Positions 1-12,120 of a DNA stretch of 64,000 nucleotides are shown here, piece after piece. The position numbers and the translations under genes are program-made. The DNA comes from Fistulifera solaris (taxonomy: Eukaryota). The notes under the pieces were generated by a model that made no database searches, was not told the origin of the DNA, and saw only the letters and a program-made list of their open reading frames with translations. How positions within the stretch are numbered: the first letter of the stretch is position 1; the number at the start of each line of letters is the position of its first letter. The stretch spans positions 186,001-250,000 of the forward strand of contig AP026153.1 in the NCBI GenBank assembly GCA_030295235.1. The letters are read 5' to 3'.

Positions 1-200
1 CAACCCGAAGACAAGGAACCTCATTACGGCTAACGAGAGGATTTTAATGGAAGGGTTGCTACAAAACTACCGAACGGAGAAACAAATTCTCTCCTGTCGA
101 TGTACGCTTGCAAGTAATTAAGCAATCAATGTTTCACTGTTTCTGTTTTTATACTTTTTAAAATCCACCAAACTACTTTTTTTCCTTTGATTCTTTTGCA

Positions 201-1924
201 TTAAATCAAATCGGCCACGTCCATGGGCATTTCGGTAATTTCCGTATTGTAGAATTGCTCAATATCACGCAAATAGCGGACATCATCTTCGGCCAAAAAG
301 TTAATGGCCACACCCTTACGACCAAAACGACCCGAACGACCGATGCGGTGAATGTAGTTCTCACGGTTCGTGGGCAAGTCAAAGTTGATGACCAAAGACA
401 CTTGCTGCACATCAATACCACGAGCCAACAAATCCGTCGTGATCAGGACACGCGAAGAACCGGTACGGAACTCTCGCATAATAATGTCACGCTCGCGCTG
501 GTCCATGTCTCCGTGCATGCACGAGACGGTGAAATCGCGCTTCTGCATCTCTTCTTGCAACCAGTCGACCTTGCGTCGGGTGTTGCAGTAAATAATGGCT
601 TGCGTGATAGTCAGCGTCTCGTACAAATCACACAAGGTATCCAACTTCCACTCCTCCTTGTCTACGGCAATGTAGAATTGCTTGATACCTTCAAGGGTCA
701 ACTCGTCCTTCTTGACCAAGATGCGGACGGGTTCGCGCATGAATCGCTCCGTCACTTCCAAGACGTCCAACGGCATGGTCGCGGAAAAGAGACACACTTG
801 CACCGATTCGGGCAAGAACTTGAAGATATCATAAATTTGATCTTTGAAACCACGCGACAGCATCTCATCGGCCTCATCCAAAAAAAAACTGTTTAATGTG
901 GTCGAGACGGAGGGCCCGACGGTTGATCATGTCGTATACACGTCCGGGAGTACCGACTACCACGTGCACACCGGCTTGCAAGGTGCGAATGTCATCGCGG
1001 ACGGCGGTTCCACCGACACAGGCGTGCACGGCAATGTCCATGTAATCCCCCAAGGCCAAAACGACCTTTTGAATTTGCTGGGCCAATTCACGTGTGGGGG
1101 CCAAAATGAGTGCTTGACATTCCTTGACTTTTGGGTCAACCTTGGCAAGAGTACCAATGGCGAATGTAGCCGTTTTGCCCTGTGAAAGAGAGGAAAAGTA
1201 GTGAGAGTGTGTAGGGGGGGATGCATCGACACTTTCACAGGAACAAACAAACGAATGAAGGAACCATCAAGGTGAAAGAATAGGTCCGTTTTCGAGTTAA
1301 TTGATTGTTATCAGACACATCGAGGGTAACTCTTTTCAGACTCGAAAGATGGTGTATAACAGAATTCATCATCCCTATTTATTCTAACAAGAGCATATAC
1401 ACAAGAATAGCACGTACCGTTCCCGACTGCGCCTGCGCAATCAAATCCCGTCCCAACATGGTGGGCTTGATCGCTCGTTGCTGAATTGCCGAAGGTTTCT
1501 CGAAACCGTAGGAATAAATTCCGCGCAACAATTCTTCCGGAATCTCCATGGCATCAAACGTTTCAATGGCTTCATCCCAATTCGAATCGAAATCGGCATC
1601 CGTCAATCCGCCGGGAGGAGCGGCCGCGGCTTCGCCCCCTTCATTTACTGGTTCATCTCTATCAAAGTAGTATTAGTATTAAAGTGTTGAATAGAGGAAA
1701 AATTGACAGAAAATGAGACTTGGACGGGCAGGAATACAGCAACGACAGCGGGCGCGCAGCGAGAAAAAATGAAACCTATTCAAACGAGTTCCCGACGATA
1801 AAGACACGTTTTGAGCGCCCCTCGCTCGGCCCTGGAAGTCCTCGTGCGACGCTTTCCTGTGAAGCCCTTTCAACGATTCAGCATCGATTGCTACAACCAA
1901 CACGTACCGTGGATCTTCGCTCAT
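201..1924 (-). CDS. EIF4A: Eukaryotic translation initiation factor 4A (DEAD-box helicase); 3 exons 1924-1908, 1658-1418, 1179-201
   Basis: Motifs [18 protein letters not shown] (spliced), [30 protein letters not shown] introns at 1659-1907 and 1180-1417 keep the frame. One extra base in the A9 run at 880-888 splits the ORF. Confidence 0.97.
1307..1376 (-). ncRNA. Intronic box C/D snoRNA, snR39B/SNORD2-like (LSU rRNA Gm guide)
   Basis: On the minus strand: C box ATGATGA (1372-1366), guide CACCATCTTTCGAGT directly before D' CTGA (1339-1336), and D box CTGA (1314-1311). The guide is complementary, with 1 mismatch, to the conserved LSU rRNA segment ACCCGAAAGAUGGUG. Confidence 0.8.
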
Positions 1925-2278
1925 GGTGCAATGCACACTTATGAGAGAGGAGAGCGAACGTAAAACAAGGCGCGCATTATTGTGTGGATAGGTGCATTGA
2001 CGGAAGACCTACAGACGGCGCATGCGTGTACACTGACTCCAAAAGTACAGGAAAACGGATGGCTCTTGGCGCGCTTTTTGGAAGGGGGAGATTTTATTTT
2101 CGCCTTGTTGTCGGACGCCGGACAAACCACGCGATCGCAGAATCGCGACGACATGCCGACAATTACTGTACAGTATTTCGAATTATCATCAAAGCATACT
2201 TCGCTTGGATGATAATACTTCCATGAAACTTAGGAACAGAATAATGAATAGCGTAGATTGAGTGATAGTTTGCATCGA

Positions 2279-2551
2279 ATGAGTAACGCAATCGATTCCG
2301 TACGCGAAACGAACGAATCATTATCCGACGAAGAAGCCCGACTACAGGCCGAACTCGAAATCGTCACAAAAATGAGACAAGCGTTCACGGCAGCCTTGCA
2401 AATGTTGGAAGCGGCACGAGATGATTTGATCGAAATGGGATGGCGGATGGAGCGTTTGCAACAGGCCAGTGTGCAGTGTCGGACGGCGTGGCAAGAACAA
2501 TCAACTAAACCAAAAAACGACAAGCGTCACGATTTCGTGGGTGCACCGTAA
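2279..2551 (+). CDS. Small coiled-coil protein, possibly DASH/Dam1 complex subunit Duo1-like
   Basis: About 90-aa helical ORF (EEARLQAELEIVTKMRQAFTAALQMLEAARDDL...W) filling the gap between neighbours. The Duo1 resemblance is by eye only. Confidence 0.5.
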   Translation: MSNAIDSVRETNESLSDEEARLQAELEIVTKMRQAFTAALQMLEAARDDLIEMGWRMERLQQASVQCRTAWQEQSTKPKNDKRHDFVGAP

Positions 2552-2562
2552 TAATGATAAGA

Positions 2563-4077
2563 CTATCTATTACGGCTGGGTGCTTCTTCCAAGACACGTA
2601 TTCGTTCCTGAGCGCGATGACGAATGGATTCCAATCGAGCCCGCCATGCCCGAATGCGAGACGAGGATTGTTTTGACAAATCTTCCGTTTCATTGTACCG
2701 GGGATCGGAATATTTCAGATAGGATTGCAACAAGATGGGACTCAGTACCAGTCCGTCACAAAACGATTCGGTAAAATCGAATCCTCGATTCGCGTACAAT
2801 TGTTCCGGACTGTCCGGACGCAGCGCCGGATTGCGACTCGGAGGAATGTCTTCGGCGTTGGTGTAATTCCATACTTTGGCTTGATATTCGGAAACGACGG
2901 TCGAGCGGACTCGTTCATCGGCTTCTTGGAGTGCTATTTGGAATCCAATGATCCATTCTGGTAGTTTCCATCCCAAGATTTCACGTTTGATGCTATCGTC
3001 TTTGTCCGAAGAAGATGTCTTTTTCTTTTCTTCTTCGACTTCTTGCAGAACCGCATCCCACGTCTCGGACGCCAATTGCGAGGCAAACACCCCAATCAAG
3101 ACACTCACCCCCAATGCCACCAACAACAACGTATCTTGCATTCCACCAGCATCTTGTTGAATGGACCCATCGACGATACTTTTTCCGAAATATCCCAAAT
3201 AACTATCTAACAAATACGGTTTGAGACTGCCCAAAAGATTCCTCCACAAAAGGGTCCCCACCCCACATTGGTGACACCATAGACGTAATTGTAGAGTCCT
3301 AACGGAATGGGCAGAATGGGTGCCAATCGCAACGTCAAAACGGCTTTGAGTCCATCTTTCGCCACGACTTTTTCAATGCCACGCAACGACGGATATTCTT
3401 CCAATAACTGTAAGGCTTTTTTGACGCACGGGAGTATTCAGTTTCGCCAAACCAAAGGCGACGGACGATCCCACCGTGGCGGCGGCCGCCGAAAGAATGG
3501 CGCCCTGCAAAACACCACCAAACAAGATTCCCGACGACAAGGCCAACACAATGCCGCCGGCATCCAAGCACAAACACTTGACGGCCGTCCATGCGGCCGT
3601 AAAGAGGAGTAATTTGGTGGTATAATCCATGGTTTCCGCTGTTTTTAAAATAGATTCCAATTGTTGTTGCAATTCCGGACTTTCCGTCATGAAATCCAAT
3701 CCCACCGCCGACACCAGTGCCGCCCGTCCTCCCACTCGCAATGCGACGGCTCCGGCGGCCACGAGAAACGCGGTGAACGTCAATGCCGTCTTGGTGTCTT
3801 CTTCTTTCTTGGTGTATAATACATTGCCATCGGCATCCCGGGGCAGGGCCGCGATGCGGGATTCTCGCAAAGCATCGGCCGATTTCAAAACCGCCCGAAT
3901 TTGTTTTCTGCGGGTGGTCAATATTTGCAGTCGTGCTTCTTCTTCATCATCATCATGGGGGCTTTGATTTAACACAACACGAGTTCGTGCAATCGAAGAA
4001 GAACGCGTGGAAAACGCCGACGCTGGTCCACACGCCGCCAATAGAATACTGCAAATGGCTACTTTGAATGACTTCAT
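2563..4077 (-). CDS. TVP38/TMEM64 (VTT/SNARE-associated, DedA superfamily) membrane protein, plastid-targeted
   Basis: Signal peptide plus ASAF (GPASAFSTRSS); motifs LSSGILFG, LRLAPILPIPLGLYNYVYGVT, KPYLLDSYLG. Split across 3 frames by indels near 3420 and 3240. Confidence 0.85.
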
Positions 4078-4497
4078 TGCTATTCGTTTGTATATAAGTT
4101 TAACAGGTCTTCAATGTTCCCTCTTCTAATATAAGGAATGCTTTTCAATTTTTTTTGCAACACATCATCCGATCACATCGTCGTCGCAAGTCGCAACGAT
4201 CATGAACACATCACCCATCAATCATGAATCATGAATGAAATGGCATTCAGGCTGTCGCACCGGGTGTTCGTGTTCGGGTAAGAGCGTTACCGGTGCGTCC
4301 TTCAAATTATACATTTTAGCCTACAGTACTATACAAGGACCTCACCTACGTCATTCATCGCGCGGACGCGTTTTGTTGTAAAAAACAAACGACGATGAAA
4401 GTCAAAAAAGATTGTCGAGCCGCTCTTGATTTCATTAATTTCTCTTTGCTTCATCATTCTATTACCCTTCTTTCACATCAACAACAACAACAACAAC

Positions 4498-5157
4498 ATG
4501 AAATTACTTGTTTGCCTACTCGTTGCGACGGCTTCCGCCTTTACCCCTTCCATTCCCTCTCGTCCTTCGACGACGCGGTTGTATTTAAAAGGCGCCGATA
4601 TGAGCGGCAATTCGTGGAAACCCGACAGTGAAAAGATGGGTTCGACAGATACCGGTGATTATTTTCCCGAAGGATACAATCCCGATATTGCCTTTACGGA
4701 TGGTTGGCAAGGCAGTCAAGCGTCATTGGCGGGCAACAAACGCAGTGGACCGGCGATTCCTGGATTGGAAAATTTGGGCGCCGATGCCACCATGTATGGT
4801 GGCATCACACAAGCTTCGGAAATTCCGGCCGGCATGGATTTTACACCTCCCTCCATTCCGGATGGAGTCTTTGAAATGAACGTGCAAGCAGTGGCCGGGA
4901 CCGCCAAAGAATTGTCCGTCAATCCGGTTTGTATGGGATTTGAAGATTATTATGCGGCGTTTGCGCCCGGATCGCATCCGTCCTTTTCGGTATCGCCCGC
5001 GGTCGGACGCATGGATCGTCGGGGTGGTGCACCCACCGTACTCAAAATTCTCTGTGCACCCCAAGGACAAACGGGTTTGCTGGAAGGCCATTTGGTGATT
5101 AATTTGCCCGATGATGGTACCAAGATCTATTATCAAGTCAAAGCGAATGCCGTGTAA
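4498..5157 (+). CDS. Plastid-targeted protein of unknown function
   Basis: MKLLVCLLVATASAFTPS bipartite presequence; intact ~219-aa ORF. Confidence 0.8.
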   Translation: MKLLVCLLVATASAFTPSIPSRPSTTRLYLKGADMSGNSWKPDSEKMGSTDTGDYFPEGYNPDIAFTDGWQGSQASLAGNKRSGPAIPGLENLGADATMYGGITQASEIPAGMDFTPPSIPDGVFEMNVQAVAGTAKELSVNPVCMGFEDYYAAFAPGSHPSFSVSPAVGRMDRRGGAPTVLKILCAPQGQTGLLEGHLVINLPDDGTKIYYQVKANAV

Positions 5158-5318
5158 GAAAATTTCGCGAATTATACGGCAAAATTAGAAACGCAATCAT
5201 CCGAGAACGTTTCGGATGGAATGGATTATTTGCCAACGATGTGCGTAGACGTATTGATTCAATATTATTATTGATTTTTTTATGTTAGGTATTATTCTCT
5301 ACGGATGATATATATCTC

Positions 5319-7005
5319 TTAAACCGTCATGGTGGGAATATCGGAATATCCATCACGCCGATGACGACTCGTCACACAATGGTGGTAGATGGCCATGACC
5401 ACGGCACCCAGTAAGAAACCGGCCACACCGACCTCCATACTGCTCCTACTATTGAAAGGAGTACAGGAAGGACACGTGGTGGGGCAAGGGACGATGGGCA
5501 TGGCGGTGACGGGAGCTCGTGTCGGAACTGCCGTGGGAGACGGAGGAATCCAGTACGTACAATCTTGAATACTGGCATTCCACCATCCATTCCCACAATC
5601 GGGAGGTGGACCTGGAGTGGGTGCCAAAGTGTCATCTCCCAAGATGAAATCCGCGATCGGTGGATTGAGACAAGCCAATGGGTCCATGTTGTCACGAAGA
5701 TTATTCGGCATCAAACCCGCGGCCGCAACATCACGGAAGGACAACAATTTGGCCCAGGAATCCAAGACTCCGACCGTGTTGTCATCATCATTGTACAATT
5801 TCCAAGCCGCAAACGACCAACCGAGACCTTTTTCATACGAAAACAGTTGCCGCGCCACAAAGGATTGACGATGACGGTACCACCAATCGGAATGAATCGT
5901 CTCATTGAAACGATCGCATTGTCCATAGTTTTGGAACTTTGGTGTACCTTGCCACACACAATTGTCAATGGAAGCATCAAAGCCACTCGATACGAGCACG
6001 GGAATGCCTTGAAAGCAGGTCGCATATTCCAATGGCGATCGTCCCAAACACGCCATGGATTCATGATAAAACAATTTTTGACGATCATCGAGACTGTTGG
6101 ACGAAGCAATGTCCGCTACCGTACTCGTATGATCCATCGATAAAGCACCCCACACGTACGAATCGTTGGCCGGCAACGTCGTTTTCATATGTTGGATCGT
6201 ACTCAAATTGATGGGAACATAGAGGGGCAGTGTTGCGTCGACGGCCCGCGCGGCGCGGAACGATTGCACCGAAGGCAACAGCAATGACATATCGTGTTGG
6301 ACGCAGAACTGTGCCGCCGCGGCAATTGCGGCATCGTTGTCGTCTCCTTCCAAGACCAAAATGGCTTGCAACTGAGCATCGTCGGCCATTTGGCGAATCT
6401 TTGACAACAACTCCAATAATTCTTCATTGCCGTCGTTCAAAAAAAAAGCCCGTGACGGGGAACGGAATTTGGACCGTATTCAATCCCAACTTGTGCATGT
6501 CGTGAAAATCTTGGGCGGTATAAAAGTGACGCTGTTGGTGCGGCGTCAAGGGTGTTCCACCGGTCGCCCAAGCAGCTTCCGTAAAGAGTCCGGCCAGTGT
6601 GACACTCCGAATCGTCGTCGTCAATGGCATTGTTGTTGTTGGGCAGTGCAATTGCGATAAACCACCCAATTCACAAGCAAAGGGATCCGATTCATGATGG
6701 GGAGTCGATTGATACACCGCTTCCACAAGCTGATTCAACACATCAACGGTTTCTTGTGCCGTCAAGTTACCTCCTTGATATTGTTGGACAATGGCATTCG
6801 CATCGGGCAATTTTACATTCGTAGCAAATTGCGGCGGCAAAGCCGTACATCCCCACGTCTGATTTTGGTATACAAAGGCACCCCGATTGCGTCCACACAA
6901 GGTGGCAAAGAAACTGAGACCCATGTCGTGCAATTGTGGCAACGTGTCGGCATTCACGACGGTCGGATCCAAACGACAAGTCGTCGGATGGTTAGGGTGT
7001 TTCAT
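5319..7005 (-). CDS. Glycoside hydrolase family 5 (exo-1,3-beta-glucanase)-like type I membrane protein, probably non-catalytic
   Basis: Motifs FYTAQDFHDMHKLGLNTVQIP, RQLFSYEKGLGWSFAAWK and ASIDNC, followed by a Pro/Thr stalk, a C-terminal TM helix and a YSDI tail. Indel in the A-run near 6440. The 5' end is uncertain. Confidence 0.7.
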
Positions 7006-7535
7006 CGTTGCACTGCTTCAATACGCGTTCGTCTGCAAAATGAAAGGATGGAATATTATTTATTCAATAATGATATTGTGTAGTTGGTGTGAGGGAATCT
7101 TTTCGGAGGAAATAGAGGTCCAGAAGAAAATGCAACTGCAACACTTATTTTTCGTTTTTGCGATCCGATGCTGCAATATTTCCAACGACGTCGACGTTTT
7201 CGGCTATAGTCTAAATATCTAGGGACCGGTACTCGATTCTGACGACCTCATGACGACGAGATGCAGTCATGGAGGAGACGTCTCAAGTACACTTTGGGTG
7301 GATATTGGATACACTTTGTAGCGACTACCGGATCCATGACAGACTACAAAGGACGGCAGTCGCTCAAACTAAATTCAACCTCAAACAAGAAAGAAAAGAG
7401 ATAATAGAACGACGAACAAACGCGCGACGACAACACTTTGAAATAAACCAAAATAGATCTTCTTCTCTCCTTCGTCATTCATTGACATCTATATTCTTGC
7501 ACAAATCATCATTTAACAAAGATGATAAACACAAA

Positions 7536-9395
7536 ATGAATTTCCATTGTCGTTTCTTCTGTTTCTGTGCACTCGTCGTGTCAGTTTGCGGTCGTCGAAC
7601 AACGAATACTACTACGGTTACTAACATCATCACCACAATTCACCCTCCGAACAATCATGATTATTTATTCGCACAGGATATTACCATCCTGGTCGTGACG
7701 GATGTCCATTCCTGGGTGGGTGGTCATGGACCGAACGAACCGCATCTCAATATCAATTACGGTCACGTGGTGAGTTTTTACGAACGTCTGCGGCAACAAG
7801 CGCAACTGGCGCAAAAGGATTTGTTCTTCGTCATGAATGGCGATTGGATTGATGGTACCGGTCTTTCCTTCAATTTGACAGCATTGACACAAATATTACA
7901 ACAAATGCCGTGGGATGCCATCAATGTGGGGAATCATGAACTTTATCATGCACCCCTTTTGGAATTTATTACACAACCCGGTGGAATGATCGATTGGTTT
8001 GGTGACAAGTATTTGTCGTCCAATATTGTGTTGACAAAGACACAACAAACGTTGGGACAGCGTTACGTCATTTTGCAAGGAAATCACAGTGCCGTACTGA
8101 CGTTTGGATTCTTGTACAATATGAAAGATCACGTCGATACCGTCCAAGTGGAAGAAATCGAAGCGGTCGTCCAAGAAACGTGGTTTTTGGAGGCGCTGCA
8201 CAACCATACGTACGATGCCATTGTAGTGTTGGCACATATGCACGTCCAAGATCCGCTCGTCCAACTTCTATTAGAAAAGATACGAGAACAAGTGGGGAGG
8301 ACCATGCCGGTACAATTTATTACGGGACACACCCATATTCGTGATTATGCGATTCTCGATGAGTGGAGTACGTCCTTGGAGGCGGGACGGTTTTTGGATA
8401 CCATTGGTATCGTGTCGTTTCCTAAAGCCAATTCGACGACGACGACGACGACGAAGAATGCCACTCAATCATTATTTACGCATCATTTTCTGGATGCGAA
8501 TCAAGAAACGTTGCGTGCCGTACTGGACGTCGATAACATCGATACCCCCAAGGGCGTGGCATTGTCACAATTCATTGCCACCACACGAGAGGAATTGGGA
8601 CTCAATCAAATAATCAGTTGTGTTAATCAATCGTACTACACCACTGCGGCTCTGGATGACTCTTCTTCCTTAAGGAACTTCTTCATTCAAGAGGTTGTGC
8701 CCAACGTATTGCCCGGAAAACATGCTCTGATGTTGGACAAGGGTGATCTGCGGTATGATTTACTCAAAGGAAAAGTGCGACTGGATGATATCATTGCGGT
8801 GTCACCCTTCAACGACACTTTGTATTACTGGAAGGACGTTCCGGGAAGTGTGATTTTACAATTGAACGAATCGATCAACGTCCAACAGGATACCAGTTTT
8901 CTTCCCCTATTGCCATCTTACATTTTGGCACCGTCCGAGACGATTGTTCCCAGCACACGTTACGAACTCATGACATCCGAATTCGAGGTTCCATCGATCC
9001 GAGAAGCACTCGTGGCGATCTTTCCGAACGCAGTGGAAGCGAAACCCACGGAATTAACCGCGACACAACTGTGGCTGAACTATTTCCGTGAACACAATTT
9101 GTGCAGTATTCCACATCTTGAACCGAAGCCTCACCAAGACGAACCTAGCGAAAGCAATCGAAGCCAGGCCGGGGAGCCAGATTATTCGGAGGAAGATCAG
9201 ATGCGTCTATTGTTTGTGGGAGTTGCCATGGGGACTGTTCTGGTATTGGGTGCCATCCACCTACGACAACGAAGTCGCCAGTTTACGAAACTGAGGGCGG
9301 CACGAGAAGCGGCAATACTGAACGCTCGGCACGAGTTCTCGGAGGAAGAACCGTCATCGAAACACCAGGAAGAGAGTGAAGGCCTTTTTGTGTAG
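7536..9395 (+). CDS. 5'-nucleotidase/calcineurin-like metallophosphoesterase, signal peptide and C-terminal TM anchor
   Basis: Metal-binding motifs TDVHSW, GDWIDGTG, GNHE, LAHM, GHTH; C-terminal domain motif VSPFND. Confidence 0.9.
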   Translation: MNFHCRFFCFCALVVSVCGRRTTNTTTVTNIITTIHPPNNHDYLFAQDITILVVTDVHSWVGGHGPNEPHLNINYGHVVSFYERLRQQAQLAQKDLFFVMNGDWIDGTGLSFNLTALTQILQQMPWDAINVGNHELYHAPLLEFITQPGGMIDWFGDKYLSSNIVLTKTQQTLGQRYVILQGNHSAVLTFGFLYNMKDHVDTVQVEEIEAVVQETWFLEALHNHTYDAIVVLAHMHVQDPLVQLLLEKIREQVGRTMPVQFITGHTHIRDYAILDEWSTSLEAGRFLDTIGIVSFPKANSTTTTTTKNATQSLFTHHFLDANQETLRAVLDVDNIDTPKGVALSQFIATTREELGLNQIISCVNQSYYTTAALDDSSSLRNFFIQEVVPNVLPGKHALMLDKGDLRYDLLKGKVRLDDIIAVSPFNDTLYYWKDVPGSVILQLNESINVQQDTSFLPLLPSYILAPSETIVPSTRYELMTSEFEVPSIREALVAIFPNAVEAKPTELTATQLWLNYFREHNLCSIPHLEPKPHQDEPSESNRSQAGEPDYSEEDQMRLLFVGVAMGTVLVLGAIHLRQRSRQFTKLRAAREAAILNARHEFSEEEPSSKHQEESEGLFV

Positions 9396-10357
9396 ACATT
9401 TTCCTGGGTCGTTAGGTGGTTTCGTTCAAACAATGACTGCCGCAGGACGCTTGCTCGATGCCCATCGTTGGAGCTGCGACGGTATCCTATGCTTCGAAAG
9501 GCTGCTTCTAGGTTGGAAGTAATAATTATGTACTTCTATTAGTTAAAAGAGTCCTAGCTCTAGATCACTCCGCAACATAGCCACTATCCGACTCGAAACG
9601 GGAACGGTTGTGCTGTTGATCCGATTACTCCGCATTCGTTCGTGAAGTTCAACTTCGAACTGGAAAAAGTGGCGAACGAAACGCCACCCAGGCGGAGAAT
9701 AGATCGTAATCGTTAGCAGATCGTGAGCCTCGTGTCAGGTGTTCCAAGTTCAATTTCAATGTAGAATACCAAACGCAAGCAAACGATGGCACTTTTCTCT
9801 CTCACTAAACTAGGCTTTGACAAACTCAATTCTGATTGGCGGAAAAGAGTTGTCCGGATGACGCATTTGTACTTTTCCGCGCTCACAAGTCCGAAGCGAG
9901 TTAACAAGATGTTCGAAGATCACAGCATGCAGCGAATGCGGGTGAAACCTGGCGGAAAACAGGAAGCTCTTTCATCATTTTGATTGGCTGAATTGTTGAA
10001 GCTTCGATTAGATTCCCGTCGCTTCGAGAGTGATACACGATAATTACTTATGAAGTGGAGTACTGAAAATATACGATCCACGTGCGAATGTGCTAGCGCG
10101 CGGAAGAAATGTTGGAGGATGGGCGCAACCTCCGAGAGAAGCGTTGACGTATTCTTGTCTTGGAGGTACGTTTGTACTGAATACATCAGTCTCAATTATA
10201 GGACGCTCTACGGTCATTGTAGTATACTTTTGTACGTTTTCTGCGGTGGCTCCACTTATCCCCGCCAAACCGCTTGGATGATATTTCCGATGTTCGAGTT
10301 ACGAGGAGCGCATAATTTCGGACGGCCCACTTCGATTGGAAAGACTCTACCAAAGCC

Positions 10358-11335
10358 ATGTGCCTTCAACAAGCTTCTCCTTTAACTCCTGAAGATATTG
10401 CTGTTTCGGCATTGACTGACATGACGAGCATTAAAACGGAAACCAGCAGCAAAGCTGCTGAGAAAGTCCCCAAAGCTCGCAAAACCAAGAAGCGCTTCAG
10501 CTTTCCGGTGCAACCGACCGTGATTCAGTCGATCACTCCGTTGCGGGGCCAGGTGGACCACAGTTATCGAGACTTTTCGAAAATTCCTGCGGAAACAGAC
10601 TATGTGATGCCTTCCAAGATTGAGGACATGTCGTTTGCGGAAAAGTTGCAAGACATTTTGTCTCGCGAAGAATTCAAGTGCATCACGTGGTTGCCTCACG
10701 GACGCGCCTTCAAAGTAATTGTACCACTCGCCTTTGAGCGCCAAGTGTGCGAAGAATACTTTGGTCACAAACGATACTCCAGTTTCTTGCGACAGCTCAA
10801 CAATCATGGTTTCAAGCACGTTACGAAAGGCCCCGATCGCAACTCGTACTATCATGAATGTTTTCTCCGTAACATGCCACATCTTTGCAAATACATGCCC
10901 GATTCCAAGGATGCCCGGCGTCAGATACCCGACCCTGAGAATGAGCCCGATTTGTACGAAATTTCGAAACGATTTCCGTTTGCGGGTGCGGCCGAGGTCA
11001 AATCTCCACCCCCGAAGACGACTCCTCCTAGTGCTAGTGCGTCATCACACCTTTCCTCTCGCACGGCTTCTGAACTCCCTTGGATGGTGCCACCTCCCGC
11101 CAAGAGAGTAGCTGTCGGAACGGCTTCTTTGCCCAGCTTGGCGGCATTGCCTCCGGTAGTACCGACGGCAACTCCTCACCTTGTGCAACTCGCGCAAACG
11201 CTGCGCCGTGACGAGTTGATTCGCAAAGCCGCCCTCGTTGCTTCGCTGGAAAACCGACAAGCCTTGCAGCAATTTACCGCCACCAATCAGGCGAATGTTC
11301 TGAGTGATTTGATTCTCCGCAACATGTTTCGGTAG
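10358..11335 (+). CDS. Heat shock factor (HSF-type DNA-binding domain) transcription factor
   Basis: FAEKLQDIL, ITWLPHGRAFKV, YSSFLRQLNNHGF, YYHECFLR. Confidence 0.92.
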   Translation: MCLQQASPLTPEDIAVSALTDMTSIKTETSSKAAEKVPKARKTKKRFSFPVQPTVIQSITPLRGQVDHSYRDFSKIPAETDYVMPSKIEDMSFAEKLQDILSREEFKCITWLPHGRAFKVIVPLAFERQVCEEYFGHKRYSSFLRQLNNHGFKHVTKGPDRNSYYHECFLRNMPHLCKYMPDSKDARRQIPDPENEPDLYEISKRFPFAGAAEVKSPPPKTTPPSASASSHLSSRTASELPWMVPPPAKRVAVGTASLPSLAALPPVVPTATPHLVQLAQTLRRDELIRKAALVASLENRQALQQFTATNQANVLSDLILRNMFR

Positions 11336-11878
11336 GAGGAGTCTTTTGCGGATGATGCTAAGCAACTCCGGCGGACTTTTTAGTGCGCCCACGAAACTAC
11401 TAATCTTTAGCTTTTTATATTATTGTTATTCTAATTTCTTGCGGATTATCATCGAATCATGAATGAGTGAAGTATTTACCCTCCAAAATGATCCAACGAA
11501 ACCTGCTAAAGACCTAGAAAAGGACGCTTGAACCAAGTGCCCACCTTAGCTCGGAACCTTTTGCGGTTGAATCAGAAATTGCGTGTTGGCAAGATGTCAA
11601 AATCCGAAGCGTTGAATGTTGAAACTTGAAACAGGGTGTGGCACTTGGAAAGAATGAGCTGGCGATGGGTGGAGATGTCTGGACTGTGCACAAAATAGTA
11701 CAGAGATTCTTGAGATCCATTATTTCTGGACACAACTCATTTGGCACGACAGAAAGAGTTCGCATTTGTTACATCGCCGCCACGAATATCAATGGGTTCG
11801 CATTTGTCACATCCACTGTCTTACAGAAACTATTATGGCGAAGGGTTCGAACTTCAAGTTTTTTTTTTACTCTAGCAC

Positions 11879-12120
11879 TAGAGATGTACGCTTGAAATTT
11901 CTTGGCCCAAGCGAAAGTCGCTTGGCTTGCGGACTCTCCCAAGCCAAGTGGCTTGAAATGTCGTAGCGGTCTATACTATAGAAGATATAGTACTAGTCAT
12001 AACCTTAATGAGAGAAAGATGCGGGTTGGCTTGAATTTGCCCTCCAAGCCAAGCGAAATTCAAGCCAAGCCAGCCAAGCTAGCCAATTTGGCTTGCTGGC
12101 TTAGCAAGCGAACATCTCTA
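11879..12120. mobile_element. Non-autonomous hAT-type MITE (242 bp)
   Basis: TIRs TAGAGATGTACGCTTG / CAAGCGAACATCTCTA (15/16 match), perfect 8-bp TSD TCTAGCAC (11871-11878 and 12121-12128), and many internal CAAGC/GCTTG subterminal repeats. Confidence 0.93.

Noticed and set aside
99..110. 12-bp match (GATGTACGCTTG) to the hAT MITE TIR
   Set aside because: Lacks the terminal TAGA, a partner TIR and a TSD.
874..890. Programmed frameshift or pseudogenisation of eIF4A and other split genes
   Set aside because: Breaks sit in homopolymers across many unrelated essential genes, which is best explained by assembly error.
255..896. Long antisense ORFs over eIF4A, MCM2, TM9SF and others
   Set aside because: Shadow ORFs produced by codon bias on the coding strand.
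9639..10015. Heat-shock elements upstream of HSF (autoregulation)
   Set aside because: Only two-unit GAAnnTTC matches, which are expected by chance.
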